Both the position numbers and the translations under genes were made by a program. Below are positions 20,416 through 29,425 of a stretch of 64,000 nt of DNA, in pieces; the first letter of the stretch is position 1, and every line of letters begins with the position of its first letter. The notes under the pieces are model-generated. The model was not told the origin of the DNA. It made no database searches and worked only from the letters and a program-made list of their open reading frames with translations. This DNA comes from Ignavibacteriota bacterium (lineage in GTDB: Bacteria; Bacteroidota; Ignavibacteria; Palsa-1295). Location of the stretch: assembly GCA_963787835.1 (NCBI GenBank), contig CAWBEI010000003.1, positions 32,001-96,000 of the forward strand. Reading direction: 5' to 3'.

Positions 20416-20518
20416 ACCCTCCCCCGGCCCCTCCCGCTGGGGCGGGAGGGGAGAAAATGAAAAGGAATTGTCGGGCTGGAAGCACCGACCTACGCGAGGA
20501 AGCACCGACCTATGCGCG
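20416..20518. repeat. composite repeat: CCCTCCC..GGGAGGGG palindrome plus tandem GTAG REPs
   Basis: CCCCTCCCGC-TGGG-GCGGGAGGGG hairpin followed by one full and one partial REP. Confidence 0.75.
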
Positions 20519-20543
20519 CGGATTGTATCCTCACATTCGGCTA

Positions 20544-20978
20544 CTACTGCCCCGCTTTCAATTTCCCTATCTCCGCACGGGCGGCGCCAACAAGTTCCTC
20601 ATTGGTGTGAGCATGGCCCCACAATCCCCAGCCGCCCGGTGCTGCTTCAGTGAGCAACACCCATGTCCGTTCTTTGAGTGTCGGGTCGCCCGCTTCCGTA
20701 GCTACCAGTTCCGTCAGTTTTTCAACCACGGCGAGCTGTTTCTCTCTGCTTAACGCTCCCGAGTTCGTGAGCACCTGCACGCGAACATAATTACTATCGC
20801 CATCGACGTTCGCAATGGCAGCGTCCGGAAGTTCGTGAACAAAAGCTGCTGTATTTTTCCGGAACATCGGAATATCCGGTACCTGCTCCACCGTTTTTAC
20901 AATGGTTGCGGCCTGAGTAGCGATGCTGTGAGGATCGGCGAACGTCCCGCGCTTTGCATAGATGTCGATCATTGGCAT
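20544..20978 (-). CDS. tautomerase (4-OT-like) family protein
   Basis: N-terminal MPMIDIY (catalytic Pro1), two beta-alpha-beta units, WVLLTE...GGWG. Confidence 0.8.
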   Translation of the reverse strand: MPMIDIYAKRGTFADPHSIATQAATIVKTVEQVPDIPMFRKNTAAFVHELPDAAIANVDGDSNYVRVQVLTNSGALSREKQLAVVEKLTELVATEAGDPTLKERTWVLLTEAAPGGWGLWGHAHTNEELVGAARAEIGKLKAGQ

Positions 20979-21110
20979 AATACTGTTCCTTTACGAATTA
21001 GATCAATAGATTGAAACGATGTAGTGATTTGGAAAGAACACGTCGGGCTTACGCTAAATTCGTGAGGAGTATGCATCATCCGTTATGTGGGTAAAAGAAA
21101 ATTTCGAATT

Positions 21111-21314
21111 TTGTGAGGGGCTGGAAAAGTGTCGTATATTAGAAAGTGGTATTAAGGGCACCTATTTCTTTGAGCAATGCAAATATTAGCTTTCGTTATG
21201 AACCAGTTCTTTAAGAAAGAAAATTATGGGTATTTTTTCGAACAAATGACGAAAACAGCTTGGAAACGATGCTGCGTCGGGAACTCAGCAAGAAAAAGAA
21301 ATGGCACCTATTTC
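21111..21314 (+). repeat. dispersed ~200-bp promoter-bearing element, copy A
   Basis: Homologous to the reverse complement of 53945-54169. Confidence 0.8.
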
Positions 21315-21381
21315 ATTATGACAAGCTTTAGAGAATAAATAAGTTTCGAAACTACCCTCCCCTAATTTCGTTTTAGGTTTT

Positions 21382-22089
21382 ATGGCAAATTATTCAGATC
21401 CAGTTTATTCTTTCACGCCGGAAGCCCTGCAACTCGTTGGCGAGGCACGGCTGGCGTATGTTCGCACCGTCTATTCGTATTTCCTGATCGCAGTGGGCAG
21501 CGCCATTGCCGGCACACTGCTCGCGATGAATACCGATCTGGGGTTTTCGTTCGCGCGCGCTCCTTTCGTTGGGATTATCGTCTTTTTTGGCGCATTTTGG
21601 TTTGCGTCGCGAAGTGCGAATAATCCGTCTCGTGCCGTGCCGACGCTTTCCATCGCTACGTTCGTCAGCGGGCTGTTCGTAGCTCCGCTGCTGTATGCGA
21701 TCACGCATAACTACATTCGCGGCACCAGCACCAGCACGATCTACGATGCGCTGATCCTTTCGGGCTCCATCTTTGCAGGACTGACGCTTTATACCTTCGT
21801 CTCGAAGAAGGATTTTTCCTACATGGGCGCAAGCCTGACGATCGGCTTATTTATGATCATCGGCCTGATGTTCGTGAATTTCTTTGTGCAATCGACCACG
21901 CTTGATCTGGGGCTTTCGATCATAGGAGTTATCATATTTTCGGGTTTCATTTTAGTTGATACCTCGCGTATCCTGAAGCGAGCACATGAGATCCCACCGA
22001 CCTTAGCGGCACTCAATCTTTATCTCGATTTTTTGAACCTGTTCCTGATGCTTCTCCGTTTGCTCAGCGGCGGACGGAATAGAAGTTAA
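21382..22089 (+). CDS. Bax inhibitor-1/YccA family membrane protein
   Basis: KKDFSYMG, FILVDT, AALNLYLDFLNLF; 7 TM. Confidence 0.92.
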   Translation: MANYSDPVYSFTPEALQLVGEARLAYVRTVYSYFLIAVGSAIAGTLLAMNTDLGFSFARAPFVGIIVFFGAFWFASRSANNPSRAVPTLSIATFVSGLFVAPLLYAITHNYIRGTSTSTIYDALILSGSIFAGLTLYTFVSKKDFSYMGASLTIGLFMIIGLMFVNFFVQSTTLDLGLSIIGVIIFSGFILVDTSRILKRAHEIPPTLAALNLYLDFLNLFLMLLRLLSGGRNRS

Positions 22090-22140
22090 TTTCCTGCGCA
22101 TTCTGGGGCCGAAATGTGTGAGTAAAAGGTGATATTAACA

Positions 22141-22171
22141 TTTCATCTTTCATACTTCATATTTCATCTTT
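22141..22171. repeat. heptamer tandem repeat (TTTCATM-like)
   Basis: tttcatc tttcata cttcata tttcatc upstream of the tRNA; another array at 22267-22296. Confidence 0.65.
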
Positions 22172-22181
22172 TCCCCTTATC

Positions 22182-22255
22182 GGGCCCTTAGCTCAGTTGG
22201 TTAGAGCAGTCGACTCATAATCGATTGGTCGCAGGTTCAAGTCCTGCAGGGCCCA
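22182..22255 (+). tRNA. tRNA-Ile2 (CAU anticodon, lysidine type); CCA not encoded
   Basis: Cloverleaf GGGCCCT..AGGGCCCA, anticodon loop CTCATAA, GGTTCAAGTCC; ileX-like rather than Met/fMet-like sequence. Confidence 0.92.
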
Positions 22256-22294
22256 CTGTTTTTTAATTAAGAAGTAAGAAGTAACAATTAAGAA

Positions 22295-23233
22295 TTAGGG
22301 AACCCGGAATAATCCGGCGTTTCCTCGGAGGAATTCTTCGGTTGACATGGCGCGCTTTCCTTCGCGTTGGAGTTCGAGGATCTCTAATGGCTCGGTGGAT
22401 GTGCCAACGAATAAGCGTTTTGAATCTGATGAAATTTGGAACGCTCCGGGAGCAAGTTTTGATGAAGCATCTGGAGTAAGATGGCTCCGAAGCAGTTTTA
22501 GTCGATGGCCAGCTACTTCGTTTGTAGCGCCGGGGTAGGGTGAAAGTCCACGAATGAAATTGTGAACTTTCTCACGTTGTTCATTGAAATTGATAATGCA
22601 ATCTTTGGGGAAGATCTTGGGTGCGTTAGTAGCAAGACCGGAAGGTTGATCGGTGGGATGCAACGTGCCAGACGCTATACCAGCAAGGGTTTCTAAGCAA
22701 ACTTCAGCGCCAAGAAGCATTAAGCGGTCATGCAACTCCCCTGCTGTTTCATCGGGAGCGATAGCGATGGATTTAGCGAGGAGAATTTTACCGGTATCGA
22801 CTTTTTCATCGAGTAGGAATGTGGTGATTCCGGTTTCCAGCTCGCCGCGTATGATGGCCCAGTTTATCGGCGCAGCGCCGCGGTATTTTGGAAGTAGTGA
22901 GGCATGGATATTGAAGGAACCAAGCTTCGGGATGGTAAATACTTCCTTTGGAAGTATCTTGTAAGCGACAACGACAAAAATATCGGCATCGAGTTTTTGT
23001 AAGGCTTCTAAAAAATCAGGATCGCGATGTTTCGTTGGAGTGAGAACGGGAATTCCAAGCTCGATCGATGCTTGCTTGACTACACTGGGATGCAAGGCCA
23101 TTCCCCTGCCCTGCGGCTTATCAGGTGTGGTAACGACGGCGATGATCTGCTCGCCCTTTTGAACAAGATCGCGCAGAATATGCGCCGCAAATTCGGGCGT
23201 ACCAAAAAAAACGCAGCGTAATCCGGATGCCAT
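22295..23233 (-). CDS. fmt: methionyl-tRNA formyltransferase
   Basis: FFGTPEFA, NIHASLLPKYRGAAPINWA, DTG. Confidence 0.96.
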   Translation of the reverse strand: MASGLRCVFFGTPEFAAHILRDLVQKGEQIIAVVTTPDKPQGRGMALHPSVVKQASIELGIPVLTPTKHRDPDFLEALQKLDADIFVVVAYKILPKEVFTIPKLGSFNIHASLLPKYRGAAPINWAIIRGELETGITTFLLDEKVDTGKILLAKSIAIAPDETAGELHDRLMLLGAEVCLETLAGIASGTLHPTDQPSGLATNAPKIFPKDCIINFNEQREKVHNFIRGLSPYPGATNEVAGHRLKLLRSHLTPDASSKLAPGAFQISSDSKRLFVGTSTEPLEILELQREGKRAMSTEEFLRGNAGLFRVP

Positions 23234-23234
23234 C

Positions 23235-25136
23235 TTATTTTAATAACACCATTTTGCGAGTAACGGTCGCGCTGCTTGTTTTAACTTTATAGAAGTAGAT
23301 ACCGCGCGGCCAGTTGGTTGCATCCAGTTCATAGGAATGACGGCCGGGCGCAAGCTTGGAATCCTCCAGAACAGTTACCTCGCGACCGATCATATCGAAG
23401 ATGGAAAGCCTTACCGTTTCGGGCTTCGTGAGCCGGAAGGCAACCGTTGTCGTAGTATTGAAAGGATTTGGCTCGTTCTGTTCGACGAAAACATCTCGAT
23501 CCGGTGCATATTCCAACTTCACTGGAATGGTATAGATCGGAGCTTCTTTCTCATTAAATCCAAGTATCGCGACGCGATAATAAAGGTCAATATCGCCATT
23601 CAGCATCGGGAGCTCCTCTGAAACATGATACATAGACCGGGATATAACCGATTGACCGCGCTTCGGGACTTTAATTCCGTGCTTCGCTTCGATCGTCAAT
23701 GCTTTTTCGAATGGCCCATACGTACCAACCCTTCGCTCAAGGACATACTGCTTGACTCCCAGTTCGCTGGATGTTTGCCAGGAGATCCCCACTTTGGTTG
23801 GCGAAAAAAGTTCGGCAGTAAGGATGGCCGGCTCAGAAGAAACCGGCGAAGAAGTCTCGCGGATAATGGCACAGGTATCCAAAGCAAAGTACATTGGCGA
23901 AGTTTCGATAACACTCGATCGAGCAGCGGAACCGAAATCATCGAAATGAAAAATGCCAAATGCCCGATGAGATGTGTCTCGGAATGCTATCATCATGTTT
24001 CGAGTAAATTCATCCGGGTCTGTAGATGCCCCTTTTATGAGTCGTAATTCGTCGATCGAAAACTCTTTCCTTGATTCGGATGTGTCGCCGATTGCTAAAC
24101 CGATAACGCTATCGAAGATCGCTGATGACACATGCCCCATTGCAGGGGGCTGGGCATCAATAAAGATCCGAATCGTTCCAGCCGAGTCCTTTGAAAATAC
24201 GAGGTAATGCCACGCGCCATCGTTGGCTATCGCACGGTTCGCCAAAAGGGTTCGGGTCTCACGCCCCACGAGCACGCATGAAGGCTGACCGAGACTCCCA
24301 ATCATGATCTGCAACTCGTTGCCATTGGCAGACAACAGTCTCACCAGTTTCTGCTCCTGTCTGTTCGTCCGGAACCAACATTGCATGCTGAATGGATGCT
24401 CAAAATAATTGGAAAGAAGTTCTGGACGTCCCTGAAGATTTGCTATCGCGCATTTTGAACCATCCAGAACAAGGGCTCTTTGCACTTTTGGTACCTTCTC
24501 AATGGTTAGAGACGCGACAAGTTTCTTGGATGTTATTTCACTGAACGAAAAATCGTATCGGGATGGGAACGTCATTCGCCAGTCTCGAATAGTGGGAATG
24601 GTTCTTTTCGTTTTTGGATCGATCTCTGGCTGAGCATCGGGATCTGTTCTCTCAATCAAGGCTGCCTTGACCGTAGCAACCTCAGTTGTTTTTTTTTCCG
24701 CGACTGGTCTGGTGGAGAAGACTACGAAGTAAGCAATTCCCGCTGCGTCAGGATCGAAATCGTTAGAATTATCGGCTAATACAATAGCTTGATCACCCGA
24801 CTCAACGGAAAGCAAATTGTTAAATTCCTGAAAACTCGGAAGATTCACAGATTGATTACTTCCAGCCTCCACACGCCATGCTCGCTGAAACTTCCAACCA
24901 GCGGGGTATTCAAGCGCGAGCGTGCGATCAATATTCGTTTCTCGCGAAGATGCCGAAACGATGATCGTAACGTCATCGCCTTCCGGCATCGTCTCCGGTG
25001 CGCGAACGAAAGCAATTTCTCCACTTGCACGCGCCGTTGAAGGAGTAAAGCTTAGGGTAAAGGGTAGTGGGCAAAGGGTAACGGATAGAATGAAGCCAAC
25101 GCAATAACGCTTTGTTCGTTTATAACCGTTATCCAC
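23235..25136 (-). CDS. secreted LamG-like domain protein with T9SS type A sorting domain
   Basis: FSMQCWFRT, NDGAWHY, IDELRL; QNEPNPFN..IFDMIGREV..GIYFYK. Confidence 0.8.
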   Translation of the reverse strand: MDNGYKRTKRYCVGFILSVTLCPLPFTLSFTPSTARASGEIAFVRAPETMPEGDDVTIIVSASSRETNIDRTLALEYPAGWKFQRAWRVEAGSNQSVNLPSFQEFNNLLSVESGDQAIVLADNSNDFDPDAAGIAYFVVFSTRPVAEKKTTEVATVKAALIERTDPDAQPEIDPKTKRTIPTIRDWRMTFPSRYDFSFSEITSKKLVASLTIEKVPKVQRALVLDGSKCAIANLQGRPELLSNYFEHPFSMQCWFRTNRQEQKLVRLLSANGNELQIMIGSLGQPSCVLVGRETRTLLANRAIANDGAWHYLVFSKDSAGTIRIFIDAQPPAMGHVSSAIFDSVIGLAIGDTSESRKEFSIDELRLIKGASTDPDEFTRNMMIAFRDTSHRAFGIFHFDDFGSAARSSVIETSPMYFALDTCAIIRETSSPVSSEPAILTAELFSPTKVGISWQTSSELGVKQYVLERRVGTYGPFEKALTIEAKHGIKVPKRGQSVISRSMYHVSEELPMLNGDIDLYYRVAILGFNEKEAPIYTIPVKLEYAPDRDVFVEQNEPNPFNTTTTVAFRLTKPETVRLSIFDMIGREVTVLEDSKLAPGRHSYELDATNWPRGIYFYKVKTSSATVTRKMVLLK

Positions 25137-25153
25137 TATCGACTATCAACTAT

Positions 25154-25669
25154 TTAATTCCGCATCTTCGCAAGATAATCAAGCCGACCCTTTAGATCCG
25201 CCTTTGGTGTGAGCAATTTGTCTTTCCCAAAAATTCCTTCTGAAGGATCGCGGAAAACTAGCTCGTAATCCTTGCTCATGATAATCGCTTCTTCCGGACA
25301 AACTTCCTCGCAATATCCGCAAAAGATACAACGAAGCATATTGATCTCGAACACGACTGGATAGCGTTCTTTCAAAAGGTCCGTCTCGCTTGCGCGAACT
25401 TCAATAGCAAGCGGTGGACACACGCGGGAGCACAGCCCACATGCAACGCAGCGCTCCACACCATTGTCCTCCATGACAAGCACAGGCCGTCCGCGAAACG
25501 ACGCCGGCGGATCCCAACGCTCTTCGGGATATTGGCGCGTGAATTTCGGACGAAAAAGATGCTTGAACGACGTTAACAAACCACGCACGATCTCAGGGAG
25601 ATAAAGCTTTTCCCAAAGCGTGAGCTTACGCTGAGCGGCTGGGTTGTTGTATTTGGTTACTGTTGGCAT
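25154..25669 (-). CDS. nuoI: NADH-quinone oxidoreductase subunit I
   Basis: CVACGLCSRVCP and CIFCGYCEEVCP. Confidence 0.95.
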   Translation of the reverse strand: MPTVTKYNNPAAQRKLTLWEKLYLPEIVRGLLTSFKHLFRPKFTRQYPEERWDPPASFRGRPVLVMEDNGVERCVACGLCSRVCPPLAIEVRASETDLLKERYPVVFEINMLRCIFCGYCEEVCPEEAIIMSKDYELVFRDPSEGIFGKDKLLTPKADLKGRLDYLAKMRN

Positions 25670-25680
25670 ATTGGCGACGA

Positions 25681-26700
25681 TTAGTGCATCAAATACATTT
25701 TTTCAAGGGCGGTAAAGATGATATTCACAATGCCGAGCGGCAGCAGCACCTTCCAGCCAAGATTCATGAGCTGATCGTAACGGAAGCGTGGGATCGACCA
25801 CCGCACCCATATAAAGATGAACAACAGCCCGACTACTTTCAGCACAAAAGCGAGCACACCGACAATGGTGATAGCCAGACTCGGTAAGCCTAACTTATCG
25901 ACAAAAGGCAAGCTCCAGCCGCCAAGAAAAAGAACTGTTATTACTGCACTGGCTGTGATGATATTCGCATACTCCGCAAGAAAAAAAAGAGCAAACTTCA
26001 TGGAACTATACTCCGTGTGATAGCCGCCGACAAGTTCCGGTTCCGCTTCAGGAAGATCAAAAGGCAAACGATTTGTTTCCGCGAACGAGGAGACGAAAAA
26101 AAGTAAGAACCCTATCGGCGCACGAACAATGTTCCATAGCCCGTTCGACTGTCCGGCGATGATCGTATTAAGATCGAGCGAGCCGCTTAACATAACCACA
26201 CTCAAAAGTCCCAGCCCAAGCGTGAGTTCATAGCTGATCATTTGAGCGCTTGAACGAATGCCACCCAGCAGAGAATACTTCGAGCCGCTCGACCATCCTG
26301 CCAGCGTGATGCCATAGACCCCAAGCGAAGTAAGTGCCACGATAAAGAGCACTCCTATATTGACACTCGAAGCAATAGTAAGTGGAACGACATGGCTCCC
26401 AAGCATCAAAGTCCCTCCAAAAGGTACGACCGCCAGAACCGTGAATGCGACCGTGATGGAGATCACCGGGGCGACCCAATGGAACCACTTCTGCGCCATA
26501 TTCGGCTCGATGTCCTCCTTCAAGAGAAGTTTAAGGACATCCGCCAATGGCTGGAATAATCCAAGTGGGCCTACTCGGTTCGGCCCAATGCGGTCCTGAA
26601 CCCACGCGCTGATCCAGCGCTCGAGCAAAACAGTATAAGACACTGCCGTCAGCACGACGAATAAGATGATCGCAATTTTTATGAGTGCTTCAATTACCAT
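25681..26700 (-). CDS. nuoH: NADH-quinone oxidoreductase subunit H
   Basis: QDRIGPNRVG, ETNRLPFDLPEAE, PRFRYDQLM; start trimmed to MVIEAL. Confidence 0.96.
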   Translation of the reverse strand: MVIEALIKIAIILFVVLTAVSYTVLLERWISAWVQDRIGPNRVGPLGLFQPLADVLKLLLKEDIEPNMAQKWFHWVAPVISITVAFTVLAVVPFGGTLMLGSHVVPLTIASSVNIGVLFIVALTSLGVYGITLAGWSSGSKYSLLGGIRSSAQMISYELTLGLGLLSVVMLSGSLDLNTIIAGQSNGLWNIVRAPIGFLLFFVSSFAETNRLPFDLPEAEPELVGGYHTEYSSMKFALFFLAEYANIITASAVITVLFLGGWSLPFVDKLGLPSLAITIVGVLAFVLKVVGLLFIFIWVRWSIPRFRYDQLMNLGWKVLLPLGIVNIIFTALEKMYLMH

Positions 26701-26818
26701 CCGGGGAAATGATGAATTATGAATGATGAAGGAGTCATGCGTCCTTGCCTGCCTCTCAGTAGTCGTAATGAACAACTGAAATGGGATGAGGATTCAACGC
26801 AAGCAATAAATAATTCGG

Positions 26819-27604
26819 TTATTGTGAGGAAGAAACGCCCAAAATCTTTCTTTCAATCGGAAGACTCCGAGGAACAAACCGAATTTCGAGATCGCGCTTC
26901 TTGCTATCGGCAAGAACCATAAGCCTTGCATTGAACTGTCCTGTGTCCATACCTTCATAATTTACACGGAAAGGGGTTTTCAGAGGTATGAAAAAAGATT
27001 GCGGAGGGCGGCTTAAATGCAGTATGACCAGAGGCGTATCGCTAACTTCTACCAAGGTAATGGTTGAACTCTTCATACTATAAGAGATATTGGAAATATA
27101 AGTTATCCCTGGAAGAATGTTTATTGGCTCTCCACGAGGTATGCTGTAAATTTCGTCAGAAGTTGAATTCGCATTTGTAGAGGTCGGAATCGAATAAAAT
27201 GTATCGTTCGTTTTTTCATTTCCTGTACTTGTCGAGGAAGCGGCAACCTGAGGTATAGGAATTACTGCCTGGCGTGCTATAGGAGCACCTCCATCATTAT
27301 CAAAAATTCCTAAAGCTCCAAGCCCAATCAAAACGCCAACAAGTATCAACGCTCCAATAGCCACCTTCGGCCAGATTCGCGGAGGGTTAACAATTTTGAG
27401 CGATCGAAGTGACTCCTGAAGCTCTGGAGAGATCTCAAGGTGTGCTTCACCGGGCTCACTCTCCAAATTCGTACGCTCGATGGCGAGTGCATTCAGCACA
27501 TTCTCATGGCGAAGCATTGCTTCGCGAAGTCCTAGAAGTTCCTCTTTGTTGCGACGGGCTTCATCCTCATTCTCCTTTAACAGCCGGTCACGATCTGTAC
27601 TCAC
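26819..27604 (-). CDS. hypothetical bitopic membrane protein
   Basis: Coiled-coil N-terminus, single TM, beta-rich C-terminus; lies between nuoG and nuoH. Confidence 0.65.
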   Translation of the reverse strand: MSTDRDRLLKENEDEARRNKEELLGLREAMLRHENVLNALAIERTNLESEPGEAHLEISPELQESLRSLKIVNPPRIWPKVAIGALILVGVLIGLGALGIFDNDGGAPIARQAVIPIPQVAASSTSTGNEKTNDTFYSIPTSTNANSTSDEIYSIPRGEPINILPGITYISNISYSMKSSTITLVEVSDTPLVILHLSRPPQSFFIPLKTPFRVNYEGMDTGQFNARLMVLADSKKRDLEIRFVPRSLPIERKILGVSSSQ

Positions 27605-27616
27605 GGTTTGTGTTTC

Positions 27617-29383
27617 CTACTGCATAACACTTCCTACGCTTTCGATCTGTTCCGACTCCGATTGATAAACCTCCCGATAGATCGGCTTTTGCGTTGCGCG
27701 CGCTAAGCGGCCATCGGCAACCGGTTGCCCAAGAGTACCAATCGATTCGTAAGACATTCCTTTGAACTCCGGAATCAGTTTCGCTATCTCGTCAAATACT
27801 TCCTCTGTATGAAGGTATTTCCAATTAATTCCGAGATTATTAGCAACCAGTTCCACAAATCGCCAGCCTTCGCGAGCGTCGCGCTTATTGCCGCGCGCCC
27901 ATTTGTCGTATGGCGAGCCAAAGCGGTCGAGGCGCGACATATGCAGCATGTCGCGGCCACGCATAAAGTATTCGGTGGTAACTGCGGGACGCAATTGCTG
28001 TGCCCATCCATCGAAATTCACGAATATGCCATCGCGCTCCGCCCATTGGGAAGCCGGAAATACTACATCGGCACGGCGTGAGGTTATGCTCTCATTCGAA
28101 GCGAGACATGCAAAGAATTCCACATTCTCGAACGCTTCAAGAAGTTGCGAATCGGCGAGAAAATCATCCGGCAGTGCAAAAACGGCTTTGACCTTACGTG
28201 AACGGAGAAGTTCAAGCACGGTCATTTCCGCCGCGCGTTCGCCGTGAATATGTTGATAGTGTTCATCAGATACACAGCCTGCCAGCGTGGCTCCGAAAGC
28301 ATTCGGAGTTCTATCGGCTTTGAGGAGCATCCGTTCATCCTGACCAACAAAGTGCGTAATGAAAGGAATGGAATGTTTCCCAAATTTTTCGCGTGCCAGT
28401 TTCGACATCACATAATTATCCTCGACCGTCGCATAGGCCGAACCGATAATCAATACTTCGTCCTTGTGATATTTTGAAAGTTCCGAAGCGATGCGTCGGG
28501 CTGCGGAATCGTAATCGGTAGATAGCTGGAAGCCATTGGCATCTTTCATGCGTGGCCCGCTAATGCGTTCATTATTTACAGGCGGGTAAGCATTCAGTCG
28601 GCCATGATCGCACATCCAATAGGTATTGACGTTCGGATTATTTCGCGGTTCGAGGCGTTCGATCACATTATTGCGAACAGCCACGCGTATATTGCAGCCC
28701 TGTGAGCATCCCGGACAAACGGAATCCGTGAATGACATATCCCACACACGCGCCTTGAAGCGAAAATCGCGGCTGGTGAGCGCGCCGACGGGACAAATAT
28801 CAATCACGTTCATCGACATATTATTGTCGAAGCCTTCTTCGGGATTTGATACAATAGTTACATGATCGCCACGATTGACGAACGTGAGAACGGGTTGTTC
28901 GGCAACTTCCTGCGCGAAACGAATACATCGAGAACAGGAAATGCAACGCTCGCCATCGAAAAGAACTTGTGGCCCAAGGGCAACGCGTTTATCTTTGTGC
29001 GTTTTCTCTTCAACAAATCGTGAAACCCCTTTGGAATGATCGAACGCATAATCCTGGAGTTTGCACTGTCCGGCTTCGTCGCAGATCGGACAATCGAGCG
29101 GATGATTGATGAGGAGGAATTCCATGATGTCCTCCCGGCCCTCAATTGCTTTTTCAGAAAGCGAGTTGACGACCATACCTTCTGCGATCGGCGTGGCGCA
29201 GGCGATCTGCAACTTGGGAGTCTTTTCGACTTCGACCAGGCACATGCGGCAATTACCCGCAACCGTCAGCGCCGGATGCCAGCAAAAATGCGGGATGTCG
29301 ATCCCATTTTCCAGCGCAACCTGAATGATGGTTTGGCCCTGCTGGCCTTCGTATTCTTTTCCGTCGATTGTAAGTTTTGGCAT
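27617..29383 (-). CDS. nuoG: NADH-quinone oxidoreductase subunit G
   Basis: IPHFCWH..GNCRMCLVE, HPLDCPICDEAGQC.LQ, CISCSRCIRF, CPGCSQGC. Confidence 0.92.
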   Translation of the reverse strand: MPKLTIDGKEYEGQQGQTIIQVALENGIDIPHFCWHPALTVAGNCRMCLVEVEKTPKLQIACATPIAEGMVVNSLSEKAIEGREDIMEFLLINHPLDCPICDEAGQCKLQDYAFDHSKGVSRFVEEKTHKDKRVALGPQVLFDGERCISCSRCIRFAQEVAEQPVLTFVNRGDHVTIVSNPEEGFDNNMSMNVIDICPVGALTSRDFRFKARVWDMSFTDSVCPGCSQGCNIRVAVRNNVIERLEPRNNPNVNTYWMCDHGRLNAYPPVNNERISGPRMKDANGFQLSTDYDSAARRIASELSKYHKDEVLIIGSAYATVEDNYVMSKLAREKFGKHSIPFITHFVGQDERMLLKADRTPNAFGATLAGCVSDEHYQHIHGERAAEMTVLELLRSRKVKAVFALPDDFLADSQLLEAFENVEFFACLASNESITSRRADVVFPASQWAERDGIFVNFDGWAQQLRPAVTTEYFMRGRDMLHMSRLDRFGSPYDKWARGNKRDAREGWRFVELVANNLGINWKYLHTEEVFDEIAKLIPEFKGMSYESIGTLGQPVADGRLARATQKPIYREVYQSESEQIESVGSVMQ

Positions 29384-29425
29384 ATTATCTTTTCGTGTCG
29401 AGCGATTTTTACGCGGAATATAAAA

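Noticed and set aside
22182-22255. tRNA as initiator/elongator Met or as an island integration site
   Set aside because: It has a paired G1-C72 and lacks the GGG/CCC anticodon stem of fMet, and the sequence is ileX-like. I saw no duplicated 3' end or integrase, and fmt follows directly.
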